From positions 62,001 to 126,000 of the IMG/VR virus record IMGVR_UViG_3300037010_003311: 64,000 nt of DNA; one strand, written 5' to 3'. The position numbers and the translations under genes are program-made. Under the pieces are notes generated by a model. It saw only the letters and a program-made list of their open reading frames with translations. It ran no database searches and was not told the DNA's origin. Each line of letters starts with the position of its first letter. Position 1 is the stretch's first letter. This document shows positions 46,637 to 56,550 of the stretch, piece by piece.

Positions 46637-47986
46637 TTATATAGTTATTGGTGTTGGTAGTGGAGGTAGAGTTACATTATTTCCGGCAACATTATATCCA
46701 TTAATATAACTTACTGACATATTTGCGCCATCTAATGTAATTGGTACTAGAGTTGGTAAAGAAATTAAATTATTAGCTGGATTAGCTGAACCAGTTAACG
46801 AACCATTTAAAATATTAGCAATTGAACCAGATACTGGATCGTTGGTACCCATTGCCGTAACCATGCTTGCTGCGGCAAGCTCCGTAGAAAGTGATAAACC
46901 TTTTTGAGTAAGGTTCATACTAGTTGCACTAGAACGTGCAAATTGCATATTAGATAGTATAACACCATCTTGTAATGTAGTAGCACTATTATTAACCGTT
47001 AATGGAGCATCGTTAGTTATAACACCAGATGTATTAGTATAATTCAGACTACTCATATAAAGATTAGCTAAAGCAGTAGTTTCCACCATAAGACTACTAA
47101 GACTTAATTTTAATAAAGCGTCTATTTTAATATGCCCACCTTTAATGTAAGTTTCTAGCATACTATCAATAGAAACAACATTACCGGTAAGATTCAGCAT
47201 TTGTGCACCAGATATTTTGGTATTAGTACTATATACATCTACCGTTTCTATTCCAGTAAGATAAGTATTGTTGCCAATAAGATTTAAATTTTTAGTGCTA
47301 TTTAAAGTGATATCACCGTTTGAACCATATTTAATACCATTTTCAGTTATTTGGATATAGGAAGCACTTTTAGTTCCAGCACTTAATATTATACCACTAG
47401 CATCCATACGAATGAAGTTATCTAGGTATTTAAAAATCATACCAGAATCTGATATCTCAGCTATACATTCATCAGTAATACCATCAGTTCCACCATTTTT
47501 TAATTCCCCTACATGAAGAACTATTTTATCAGAATCAAGTAATACATTGGTCTTACCACCAGCATTCATCATATGAATAATTTCGCGATTATCATCTATA
47601 TAAATATACGAATTGTTTACTGACTTACAAAGCAAATAAAAATCATTTTTTAATTTATCATTTAATGGTAATAAACCCTGGGCATTTAAAATTTTAGATA
47701 CATAACCATCTGATATATCGGTAGTACGAAATATTACTTCAACTATCATTCCAATAGCTAATGGGAAATATGAACCAGCAGACCGCTTTGCACTAGCTTG
47801 TGAGGCATGCTGTCTTGGATCTATCCATCTGGAAAAATTATTACCAGCTATTTCATTAGTTGCCCAAAAAATATTTTTTTGACCAGGCGAAGAAAGACTT
47901 CTTATATAAATTGGAAATTTATTATGCTTTTCTAAATCTATTCCATCAAGTACTATACCAATATATGGTTTGCCTTTTTCAATCAT
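46637..47986 (-). CDS. Baseplate central spike (gp5/VgrG-like)
   Basis: N-terminal OB-like YIGIV.D..D...GSYFP..IG..VEVIF followed by beta-helix I.L.S/G repeats; upstream of PAAR gene. Confidence 0.75.
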   Translation of the reverse strand: MIEKGKPYIGIVLDGIDLEKHNKFPIYIRSLSSPGQKNIFWATNEIAGNNFSRWIDPRQHASQASAKRSAGSYFPLAIGMIVEVIFRTTDISDGYVSKILNAQGLLPLNDKLKNDFYLLCKSVNNSYIYIDDNREIIHMMNAGGKTNVLLDSDKIVLHVGELKNGGTDGITDECIAEISDSGMIFKYLDNFIRMDASGIILSAGTKSASYIQITENGIKYGSNGDITLNSTKNLNLIGNNTYLTGIETVDVYSTNTKISGAQMLNLTGNVVSIDSMLETYIKGGHIKIDALLKLSLSSLMVETTALANLYMSSLNYTNTSGVITNDAPLTVNNSATTLQDGVILSNMQFARSSATSMNLTQKGLSLSTELAAASMVTAMGTNDPVSGSIANILNGSLTGSANPANNLISLPTLVPITLDGANMSVSYINGYNVAGNNVTLPPLPTPITI

Positions 47987-48033
47987 TATTGTTTCCTCTT
48001 CCTGTAAATTAATACCGGTTACTTATAACCTAT

Positions 48034-48075
48034 TTGTTTTTCGACGACAGGAAAACGGTCGAAAACCGACCGTTA
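48034..48075 (-). terminator. Hairpin plus TCCTGTCG element
   Basis: - strand: TAA overlapping AACGGTCG-GTTTT-CGACCGTT, then TTCCTGTCGTCGAAAAAC. Confidence 0.6.
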
Positions 48076-49503
48076 ACATATTAGCTTTTGCATATTTTTT
48101 ATACTAGCTTGGATCTGAGAATAATAAGTATCTAACCCAATTAATTCTCTATTGAATTCATCATTTATAAAATTATTAGGATTCAATTTATTAATGATTT
48201 CATCAGTTAAGATTTTGCATATCTCATCTACTGATTCTGGATCATCAATTAATTCCTTCAGCCTAACAGAAAGTTGTTGATTAACTATATCTTGTGTAAA
48301 TAGTTTTAAGGATTGATTACCTTTTTTAGTATAAAGATTATTTATTCTAAAAAGATTTACTAAAGGTTCTTCGCTATTATTAGTAGCTTTTAAAAACTTA
48401 CCATAATAGTGCATATAGTCGAGTATTGGGATCTTATTGTCATAAGTATGTAGGAAGTCATAATAATTTATATCGAAGAAATTATTACTGTATTCATCCA
48501 TTAAAAACTCATATCCATCTTTTAAGAATCTTTTATTCTCCATACAATAAGTTAGCATCATTGCATCCATAACCATTTGATTAGTATTAGATGAATAACT
48601 ATTTAAATCCTGAGCAAAGTTTTCCTCAAAGAGGGAATCTAGTTGTTTAAAATAACCAGCTTTAACCTTTGAAAGCTTCGCTCCATAAAAACTAAATAAG
48701 TTAGTATGAATTAATCCAGTATATGTTGCAAAAATTGCTCGGAGATAGATTGGATTCATATTTTTAATAGCAGTAAATGCTAAATATTTTAAAACTTTTT
48801 CAATGATTGTTTCTGTGGTAATCATAAGAATATTATAATAGAAAGATCCAATTTTGGTTCTGGCATTATATTTAATTAGGTTTTGTTCTATCATTGATTG
48901 GAGCGTTAAAACGAAAAATGAAAGCTGTTCATATTTTCCGAGCACTTGGATTAATTCATATCTAAATAGTTCAATTGGCATTTTATAACCACGAACATTT
49001 TTAATACTATGCTTTTCGAGAAATGCTTTTGCGCGAATTTCAAGATTTTTTATTAGATAGTGAAATGCAATAAGATCAATCTTATTAATAGATTTCCCCT
49101 CAAACATTGTGAACTGAATATCCGAATTTATATTATTAAGAATTTCGATATTGATATTATAAGAGGCTTCATCTTCGAAATCAGATATAGGTCTAGCTAA
49201 TTCAGCTTCTATACCACCAAGAATGCGTTCCCTGGAGACTTCAAGTATCTCTCTATATAATTCATCATTGAATAATACTTCGTGATGCTTTTCATGTCTT
49301 TTAAGATTTTTGAGCATATGCTCTTCGTTTAGAACATCATCTAAACGTTTATTTATAAAAAATTCAATTTCGACATCTATATTGTATTTATTGAGAAACT
49401 TTTTTACTTCGGCTTCTACTACTTTAGTGTCAACATTGATTTTATGTTCTCGTTTATCACCAATTACTTTACCTTCCGGTAACTCTTTTTTTCTTTTTGC
49501 CAT
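48073..49503 (-). CDS. Hypothetical helical protein
   Basis: 476 aa, no recognised motif. Confidence 0.8.
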   Translation of the reverse strand: MAKRKKELPEGKVIGDKREHKINVDTKVVEAEVKKFLNKYNIDVEIEFFINKRLDDVLNEEHMLKNLKRHEKHHEVLFNDELYREILEVSRERILGGIEAELARPISDFEDEASYNINIEILNNINSDIQFTMFEGKSINKIDLIAFHYLIKNLEIRAKAFLEKHSIKNVRGYKMPIELFRYELIQVLGKYEQLSFFVLTLQSMIEQNLIKYNARTKIGSFYYNILMITTETIIEKVLKYLAFTAIKNMNPIYLRAIFATYTGLIHTNLFSFYGAKLSKVKAGYFKQLDSLFEENFAQDLNSYSSNTNQMVMDAMMLTYCMENKRFLKDGYEFLMDEYSNNFFDINYYDFLHTYDNKIPILDYMHYYGKFLKATNNSEEPLVNLFRINNLYTKKGNQSLKLFTQDIVNQQLSVRLKELIDDPESVDEICKILTDEIINKLNPNNFINDEFNRELIGLDTYYSQIQASIKNMQKLIC

Positions 49504-49530
49504 ATTTACCCAATTAACATATCAAGGTGA

Positions 49531-50241
49531 TTAAGCCTTGATATTTGAAATATTATCTATTGATTTCATTTTTACTTTACTATTGATTGGTACCACCACT
49601 TCTGGTTTAGCTAAACTCTCGACCGTAAAGTAATTTGGATTATTATCTTCCGATCTTTTTTCAAGATATTTTACTTCTAGTTTTCCAGAAGGATTCTCCA
49701 CACAGGTAGTGGTTTTCATATACTCTTGATACTCTTCATCCCAAGGGAATATAAGCCAATTATCATCAGATATGGTTTCAGATGAATAAAAAGTACCATT
49801 TAAAAAATCTGGTTCCCATGCCATTCCAGTCGGCTTATAAAAAACGGTATATGTATCAATTATTATCGTTTCTTTTAATACAGTTTTTAGATATTCGACT
49901 ACAGCTGTCAGAGTTGCACCAGTATCATAAATATCATCAACTACTAGAATTCGTCTAACATTATTTAATCTACTAATGTTTGATTTATCGAGATTTTGTA
50001 CAGTTACCTTATCCTTTACGCTATTCGTTTTCGGATTAAATAATTCAGCGTTTATTGGTATAAGCTTATTTATTTTCATTTTATATGAAATTAAAGTAGC
50101 TGGAATATTACCACCTCTTTGTATCGGTATGATATAATCATATTCAAATGCTGCATCAGAGCATTGTGTAATAAAATTATCAACATGCTCTATTATATCA
50201 CCAAATGAAATTATCGTTTTATCGTCTACGGCCCAACTCAT
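49531..50241 (-). CDS. Type I phosphoribosyltransferase (Gpt/Hpt-like)
   Basis: IIPIQRGG, ILVVDDIYDTGATL, WLIFPWD. Confidence 0.92.
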   Translation of the reverse strand: MSWAVDDKTIISFGDIIEHVDNFITQCSDAAFEYDYIIPIQRGGNIPATLISYKMKINKLIPINAELFNPKTNSVKDKVTVQNLDKSNISRLNNVRRILVVDDIYDTGATLTAVVEYLKTVLKETIIIDTYTVFYKPTGMAWEPDFLNGTFYSSETISDDNWLIFPWDEEYQEYMKTTTCVENPSGKLEVKYLEKRSEDNNPNYFTVESLAKPEVVVPINSKVKMKSIDNISNIKA

Positions 50242-50252
50242 AAATATCCTTT

Positions 50253-51332
50253 TTAAATATCGTTAAAACCCTTAAGAGCACTAACGTTTTTATAATTAAT
50301 TGAAGTAACTTCAAAATTATTTGAACGGTTACTTGATTCAGATTCAACTCCAGCAATCATCTCTAGGTGCTGGTATGGATTCTTTTCTATTTTTGGAAAT
50401 AAAGCTTTTTCTTTAATATCTTTCAATCTACGATTTCCGAGATAATATGAATAATCTTCAATACTTTGATCAGTTATACCAAGTATTCTATTATCCATGA
50501 TCGCTTTAGAAAAATCGATTTCCCATTGTACAGCTTCTTTAAACATCTGTATAGCTGTTGGTTGAAACAGTCCCCAGATATCTGGGTTCTCTTTTTTGAT
50601 CTCTAAAATAATATTTTTAAAGATATTACAATGTTGAATTTCATCTCTTTGAATATAACGAATCTGTGTATCGGTTGCTACCATTAAACCACGAGAATTA
50701 AGATTGTGGAAGAATTGGAATCCATTATAAAAGTAAATTCCTTCGAGTAGATAGTTTGCAACTATTGCACGCAATAGATTCATAATCGTTGGATTATCAA
50801 TCAATTCCTGATATATACCAGCGATATGAATAATGCGCGTCATTAAGACTTCATGTTTTTTCCAGTAATAAACAATATCTTCCGCTTCTTTTCTAGTAAA
50901 TATACTACTAAGAAGCCAACCATATGATTTACTATGAATTGCTTCATCAAAGGTTTGTCTAGCTAATACATATACAATATCTGGAGCAGTTATAAAGTTT
51001 GAAATATTACCAAGATTGTTTGTTTGAAGACTATCTAAGAATACTAGAAAAGAGACAATAATTTTATAAGATTCCTGCTCTTCTGTTGAAAGCTTATGAA
51101 AATTAAGTTTATCATCACCCATTGGTACTTTATGTGGTAACCAACCATTTTTATAAATTACATCAAATATATCATGTGCCCATTGGTACTTAATATAATT
51201 TAGATTTAATAGATTGGTGGTGATACCACCAATCACCCGAATGTCATCATCTGATACATTTGGATTAAATAATAGTTTTGATTTTATTGGAGCTTGTAGT
51301 TTGTTGGATGTCCATAGGTCGTTTTTTAGCAT
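50253..51332 (-). CDS. nrdB: Ribonucleotide reductase class I beta subunit
   Basis: FLDSLQ, DEAIHSKSY, LEGIYFYNGF, RDEIQH. Confidence 0.95.
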   Translation of the reverse strand: MLKNDLWTSNKLQAPIKSKLLFNPNVSDDDIRVIGGITTNLLNLNYIKYQWAHDIFDVIYKNGWLPHKVPMGDDKLNFHKLSTEEQESYKIIVSFLVFLDSLQTNNLGNISNFITAPDIVYVLARQTFDEAIHSKSYGWLLSSIFTRKEAEDIVYYWKKHEVLMTRIIHIAGIYQELIDNPTIMNLLRAIVANYLLEGIYFYNGFQFFHNLNSRGLMVATDTQIRYIQRDEIQHCNIFKNIILEIKKENPDIWGLFQPTAIQMFKEAVQWEIDFSKAIMDNRILGITDQSIEDYSYYLGNRRLKDIKEKALFPKIEKNPYQHLEMIAGVESESSNRSNNFEVTSINYKNVSALKGFNDI

Positions 51333-51343
51333 TTATTCCCTTT

Positions 51344-53617
51344 TTAATTTTTACAATCCGTACAGCCCTTATCTCCATCTACAGAGACGCTGTAATAAAT
51401 ACCTTTTAGTTCGTTTTTTATAAAACCATCTAAAAAGGCATCAGACATAGTTTTTCCATTAGCAATTTCAGTATTAATTGGTATTTCCATTGAAATACCA
51501 GTATCTACCCATCTTTGTAATCTTTTAGTGACCTCAATAATAGTAACTGGATCGTAATTGAATTTCGATTTATAATACCAGTTTCTAATTTTTAGATATT
51601 TAGGTATTACTGGTACTGATAGGTTTGATAATGTTTGTATATTAAACTTACTGTGTGGTGGTAAAAAACTTGCTACAGCATTCTGTACTAATCCACTACT
51701 TGTGTTTGGTGCAATAGCGATAAGTAAAAAGTTTCTAATACCATATTGCTTAATTCTTTTAATTACATCAGACCAACAAAAATTATTCAATGACATTTTA
51801 TCTAATTCTTCGCCAGTTTTACCAAATAAAGTATCATAATTTGCTTTTTCATAATAAGGGTATGAACCTTTTTCGATAGCCAAATCAATACTAGCATTAT
51901 AACAGTGATATGAAATACGTTCTTGTAAAGCTTCTAATGCGAGTAAACCATCTTCCTTCTCATATGAATATTTATTATACGCCATCCAATCCGCAACACC
52001 AACAGTACCTATTCCAATATTTCTTAAAAGTTTTGAACTATTAAGAGCTTCTAAAACTGGCATAACTCCAGTATCAATACTGTTATCTAAAGCTCGGACT
52101 GCTCCATAACATGCTCGCTTTAAAAGATTTTCTGCCTCTGGCCCAACACAGTTCGCAACATTAATTGAAATAAGATTACATGAGTGGTATAAACCATCAG
52201 TTTCCGTAGTTATGATACCATCTTTAGTTCCCTTAGATTCCCAATTTTCTGGAACCGTGTTTAAAGAAAAAGATTCGATACATAAATTTGCACAATTTGA
52301 GACTGCGAAATCTTTTAAGTAGTTACTGATATTTAAACCATCTTTACTTGTAATATAAAAGTCCCCAGTTTCAAACCAAACACGGAAAGCTTCTTTCCAA
52401 AGTTCTTTAGCATTAATCTTTTTATAATGTTTTAATTTACCGGTTTCTATTAATTCTTTTACTTTAAGATGTGCATTATATAACTCCTCTCCAATTAATG
52501 GAATAATATTAATACCAGTAAGTTCTTCTAATTCATAGTGATTAAATAAATAAACATCCATATTATGTTTAGCCGCTTCGAAGAAATAACGATCCCCAAC
52601 TAGTTGTGGAAAAAGATCAAAACATTTGTCTCTGAGATCCATTTGACCGGTTTCTGTTTTCATCTCGATGAAGTCTTCTATATCAAGATGCCACCAATCT
52701 AATGCCGGAGTAACTGCCCCTGGTCTTATACCACGTTGGTTAACAGCTATAGCTATATCATTAATAATTTTAACCCAACGATTAATTTTATTTGATTTAA
52801 CAACATTTTGAGTATAGGTATTACCTGGACGCAAGTAACCAAAATAGAGACCAATACCTCCACCAGCTTTTGAAATGGATGCGACATCTGTCCAAGATTT
52901 AGCAATTTGAGCTAAGCTATCACCAATTGGTAAAATAAAACAACTTGCTGTATTACCATTTAATAGTCTGAGATTAGCTTTAAATGGAGTGCCAAGACTT
53001 ATCAACTCTTCATTAATAAGAATAAAGAATTCTGCGGCTTGGTCCATACGGTTAACTTCTGGTTCTACTGTAGCTAAAATCATCGAACTAGCCATATCAC
53101 TAAATTGTGGATACTCAAGATATCCTTTTTTATTCCTAATCAAATACTTATCTTTTAATGATGATACTTGAGCAAGAGTAAATTTAAAATCTTTTTTAGG
53201 ATCAATATTTTCCGATAACTTATTAATTTGGACTGCGGTATAAAAACTTATAAAATCTGACCTATATAATTTTTTAGAAACTGCAAAATTTAAAAATTCT
53301 GGAAACTGGGTCCCTTCAAATTTAGTATTTTTATAAATTTCATTATGTAATAGCTTAGTAGCCAATCTACCAGCAACAATTGACCAATCCGGTTCTTCTA
53401 TACTTATTAATGAATTGGCTACACCAATTAAGTTCTGTTGTATATCACTTGTCGTCATTAAATTGCGGTAAGTTAATGAAATTTTACTTTCTAATAATAA
53501 TGGATTAACTTCTAAACCTTCGCAAGCAAAATTACTCATATTTTTAATTTTAGTTATATCAAATAACTCTTTCGTACCATTTTTCTTAATGACGTATATT
53601 GGTTTATTTTCCTGCAT
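51344..53617 (-). CDS. nrdA: Ribonucleotide reductase class I alpha subunit with ATP cone
   Basis: VIKKNGTKE ATP cone, TASCF, ANLCIE, IAPNTSSG, C-terminal CTDC. Confidence 0.95.
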   Translation of the reverse strand: MQENKPIYVIKKNGTKELFDITKIKNMSNFACEGLEVNPLLLESKISLTYRNLMTTSDIQQNLIGVANSLISIEEPDWSIVAGRLATKLLHNEIYKNTKFEGTQFPEFLNFAVSKKLYRSDFISFYTAVQINKLSENIDPKKDFKFTLAQVSSLKDKYLIRNKKGYLEYPQFSDMASSMILATVEPEVNRMDQAAEFFILINEELISLGTPFKANLRLLNGNTASCFILPIGDSLAQIAKSWTDVASISKAGGGIGLYFGYLRPGNTYTQNVVKSNKINRWVKIINDIAIAVNQRGIRPGAVTPALDWWHLDIEDFIEMKTETGQMDLRDKCFDLFPQLVGDRYFFEAAKHNMDVYLFNHYELEELTGINIIPLIGEELYNAHLKVKELIETGKLKHYKKINAKELWKEAFRVWFETGDFYITSKDGLNISNYLKDFAVSNCANLCIESFSLNTVPENWESKGTKDGIITTETDGLYHSCNLISINVANCVGPEAENLLKRACYGAVRALDNSIDTGVMPVLEALNSSKLLRNIGIGTVGVADWMAYNKYSYEKEDGLLALEALQERISYHCYNASIDLAIEKGSYPYYEKANYDTLFGKTGEELDKMSLNNFCWSDVIKRIKQYGIRNFLLIAIAPNTSSGLVQNAVASFLPPHSKFNIQTLSNLSVPVIPKYLKIRNWYYKSKFNYDPVTIIEVTKRLQRWVDTGISMEIPINTEIANGKTMSDAFLDGFIKNELKGIYYSVSVDGDKGCTDCKN

Positions 53618-53886
53618 ATATCTTTTTTACCTTTCGATTTAAATACATAAATATGTATTCATAAAAAATAAGTTATCGTATTTTCTTTTATGAAGACATG
53701 AATTGCCACTTAGTTTGCATTAGCTACTAAGTGGCAAGATTATTTAGGTCTCTTCATCCTCATAAAAGAGGCGGATTCTTCAACCATAGCCTTAAGTAGC
53801 TATTTCATGAAGTATTGGAGCCGGGTATCCCGCGGTCTCTTGCCGTATCGAGTTTATGTAACACCTGCTTACAAATACTAATTAAT

Positions 53887-53914
53887 TGGTGGAGTACAAT
53901 TATAAATGTACCCC
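53887..53914 (-). other. tRNA-Ala-like microhelix / hairpin
   Basis: - strand GGGGTAC-ATTTATAATT-GTACTCC-ACCA: 7-bp stem with G3:U70-type pair and ACCA end. Confidence 0.35.
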
Positions 53915-53924
53915 TCATAATCTT

Positions 53925-54371
53925 TTAGTTAGATACTGGTGTAGTATCTACTGGTGCAGTTGTAGCATCTTCGGCAGCACTAGCTGCTTCATTAGCCGCA
54001 ACTACCTCTTCTGAGACTGGTACATCCGAATCATATAGTACATCTTCAGCAGGCTGTTGTGCACTCTCAAACTCATTTTCTTTAATAAGATTAAGCTCTA
54101 ATAGGAATTCTAAAATTTCTTTAGATATTGCAGCACGAATCAATTCATCATCAAAATCAGCAGGTGAAAGATATGTTGTTTGGATAGTTGGAACTACTTC
54201 TTCACCCTCAACCGGTTCTTTTGGCACTTGAGAGATGATTTCAATATATAGATTACTTTGTTCAAGAGATTGTACTAGTTTATAATGGTATTGTAAACCA
54301 TTAGCTAGAAGGTTAGTTGGGTGAATCAATTTTGGAAATGCTATAATATTTGTACTAACAACTGCGCTCAT
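53925..54371 (-). CDS. Hypothetical protein with acidic tail
   Basis: 148 aa, TAATG coupling to upstream gene. Confidence 0.75.
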   Translation of the reverse strand: MSAVVSTNIIAFPKLIHPTNLLANGLQYHYKLVQSLEQSNLYIEIISQVPKEPVEGEEVVPTIQTTYLSPADFDDELIRAAISKEILEFLLELNLIKENEFESAQQPAEDVLYDSDVPVSEEVVAANEAASAAEDATTAPVDTTPVSN

Positions 54372-54577
54372 TATGCTTCCTTTTTAGTGCGTTTTGGATA
54401 TTCTGTCTCGCGAGCTTTTAGCGCCGCTTTCCAAGGTGCTGCAAGTTTACGGAATTTTGAAAGAGCAACTCTTGCTCTTTTACCAGCCGCTTTATTATTG
54501 GAATTTATTAATTCCAGTTCTTTTGTAAACTCATTAAGAGTATTTTTTATTTCTTCTGTAATAGCGCTATATGCCAT
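54371..54577 (-). CDS. Small basic histone H1/Hc1-like nucleoid protein
   Basis: NKAAGKRARVALSKFRKL matches the NKAAG.RARK.S.. motif. Confidence 0.65.
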   Translation of the reverse strand: MAYSAITEEIKNTLNEFTKELELINSNNKAAGKRARVALSKFRKLAAPWKAALKARETEYPKRTKKEA

Positions 54578-54611
54578 CGGTATTTCCTTTTAATTTTTTT
54601 ACTATTTTTAT

Positions 54612-54622
54612 ATTTCTATAAT
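54612..54622 (-). promoter_or_regulatory. ATTATAGAAAT motif variant
   Basis: One mismatch to consensus, 35 nt upstream of 54577. Confidence 0.5.
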
Positions 54623-54646
54623 ACTAATTTAATAGTTTTTAAACGA

Positions 54647-55480
54647 TTAACTCATAAAAAGTTCGTTATAGATACTCGTTAATTCCTTAGTTAGATCATC
54701 GCGAAATTGGATAGTATCATTGAATGGTAATTTATTTGCTATATTCCAACAAACTACATTATCTTCCTCTTCCCCCCATATTTTATGGTAAGTTTTATCT
54801 TTATATCCATTATCTTGGCGAAACTGATTTAAAATATTCTTTGCTCGATATAATTTAAGTAGATCGATTAATTTATAACCAAGAGAAAGCCATAGTTCCA
54901 TAAATTTTTGAAAAATGATTATACTATTAGAACCGATTAGAGTAAACTTGATAATATCTTCGCACCCAGCAAGAAATGCTTCTTGATCAAAAGGATGATT
55001 CGTATAATTTTGTTCTTGCGAATAGCATATCATAAAGGTTGCAGTCTTTATTGAACCATTGATCTCGTTATGGCTACCAGCTTTCGTTGATAGATCATTT
55101 TTATATTGTTCCATCATTGTAAGACTTAATAAGAAGTGGAATACATCTACTAATTCTACGGAAGCATTTAATAAATCGGGTTTACCATTTTTCTTCCACC
55201 ATTTCCAAGGGAATGATTCAATACCTTCGACCAGCTCGGCACGAATTGCTCTACCCCAGTTGTAATTACTTTTAATCCAATTAGCATCCACCGCTGCATT
55301 AAAACTAGATTGTAACTGGAAACACTCTTCCCAAAGTTTCATATTATTATGTAAAGCCGAATAATCATCATCCTTAATCTGTTCATATGACCCAATGGTA
55401 TTCCCGGAATTAATTTCCGCAATTTTATTAAGGCTATCAGCAATATTTGCTGTAACCTTATCTACTAAATTTTTATTCAT
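54647..55480 (-). CDS. dut: Dimeric all-alpha dUTPase (dUTPase_2)
   Basis: ELVEGIESFPWKWWK, VELVDVFHF, KNILNQFRQDNGYK..TY.K.W..EEDN. Confidence 0.92.
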   Translation of the reverse strand: MNKNLVDKVTANIADSLNKIAEINSGNTIGSYEQIKDDDYSALHNNMKLWEECFQLQSSFNAAVDANWIKSNYNWGRAIRAELVEGIESFPWKWWKKNGKPDLLNASVELVDVFHFLLSLTMMEQYKNDLSTKAGSHNEINGSIKTATFMICYSQEQNYTNHPFDQEAFLAGCEDIIKFTLIGSNSIIIFQKFMELWLSLGYKLIDLLKLYRAKNILNQFRQDNGYKDKTYHKIWGEEEDNVVCWNIANKLPFNDTIQFRDDLTKELTSIYNELFMS

Positions 55481-56475
55481 GATTTTACCTTAATCCAATA
55501 TTCAAAACATTCCCCAATACCGGCAATGAGATGTAAGTGTTTAAATTTTTTGTATTCCAAGTTTTGATAATAATTAATCAATATGTTTTTAATTGGTAAA
55601 TATAGATCATCGTTAATCAATTTTGTAAAGATATAGTCGTAATTGATAGTAGCATCATCCTGCATAATTTTTACAAGCCAATCATAGTATTGGGCTATAG
55701 CAGTTTTGGTTGGTTCTAATAAAAGTCTAGTACTTTCTAAATCTAAGTTAGTTGGGTAAGTTAAAAGATATTTAATTATACCAATCATAGAATCTTCCAC
55801 ACCAGAACTAGATAAGCCCACACCAACACTCTGCGGACGAAATGTATTAGACATACTTGCCAGTTGCAGATTATTAAGAATATCCCGAACACCTTTTGTT
55901 TTAAAAGCTAAAGCAAATTGTCGCAATTCCTCTAATTCATATTGAACGGCCTCTTGTTTTAAAATATATTCCAATCTTGGAATAAGACCTTCAATATTAA
56001 TTTCGGTAAAATTTAATTTGATATTAAATCTTTGTAGTAGAGCTGGATCAAGCTTTTGAATATTATTCGTCGTAGCTATGAATGCGACATTTGGTTGATA
56101 TTTTTCAAGAAATCCATCTTTAAGTACTGATAAGGCTTTCGCACTTAGATTATCGATCTCTTCACAAACGATAATTCTTTGCTTACTAGCTGTAGGAGCT
56201 CTTACAATCCAAGACGCTAGTTTATCAACATCATCAACTGAACGACCAAGAACAAAAACATCTTCGGCATGCTTAATAAAACTATTAATCAATACTTTAT
56301 TAATAGTAGTTTTTCCAACACCCCCTGGCCCATAAGATATAATATTACCTTGGATATAACCCTGCTCTACAAATTTCTTAATTGTGAATGCTTTTTCTTC
56401 ATCTGGAAATACAATCTCTTCTATAAATTTAGGCCTATACCGCTCGAACCAAGCTGCTTGCATAACATTGTGCAT
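55477..56475 (-). CDS. Clamp loader AAA+ subunit (T4 gp44/RFC-like)
   Basis: WFERYRPK..EE, GPGGVGKTT, CEEIDNL. Confidence 0.9.
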   Translation of the reverse strand: MHNVMQAAWFERYRPKFIEEIVFPDEEKAFTIKKFVEQGYIQGNIISYGPGGVGKTTINKVLINSFIKHAEDVFVLGRSVDDVDKLASWIVRAPTASKQRIIVCEEIDNLSAKALSVLKDGFLEKYQPNVAFIATTNNIQKLDPALLQRFNIKLNFTEINIEGLIPRLEYILKQEAVQYELEELRQFALAFKTKGVRDILNNLQLASMSNTFRPQSVGVGLSSSGVEDSMIGIIKYLLTYPTNLDLESTRLLLEPTKTAIAQYYDWLVKIMQDDATINYDYIFTKLINDDLYLPIKNILINYYQNLEYKKFKHLHLIAGIGECFEYWIKVKS

Positions 56476-56511
56476 TCTTTATCCTTTTTAATATTTTTAC
56501 CTCTCTATAAT

Positions 56512-56522
56512 ATTTCTATATT
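56512..56522 (-). promoter_or_regulatory. AATATAGAAAT motif inside a 12-bp inverted repeat
   Basis: Exact 11-mer 37 nt upstream of clamp loader; TCTCTATAATAT/ATATTATAGAGA at 56502-56529. Confidence 0.6.
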
Positions 56523-56550
56523 ATAGAGAATCGTTTTTCTAGTGTAAATT

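Noticed and set aside
53700-53914. tmRNA or tRNA gene
   Set aside because: No T-arm, D-arm or tag frame; GGGG and CCA ends are only 10 nt apart and in the wrong order for a permuted tmRNA
54647-55480. Uracil-containing DNA as in AR9/PBS1
   Set aside because: An intact dUTPase and ThyX-like genes argue for thymine DNA
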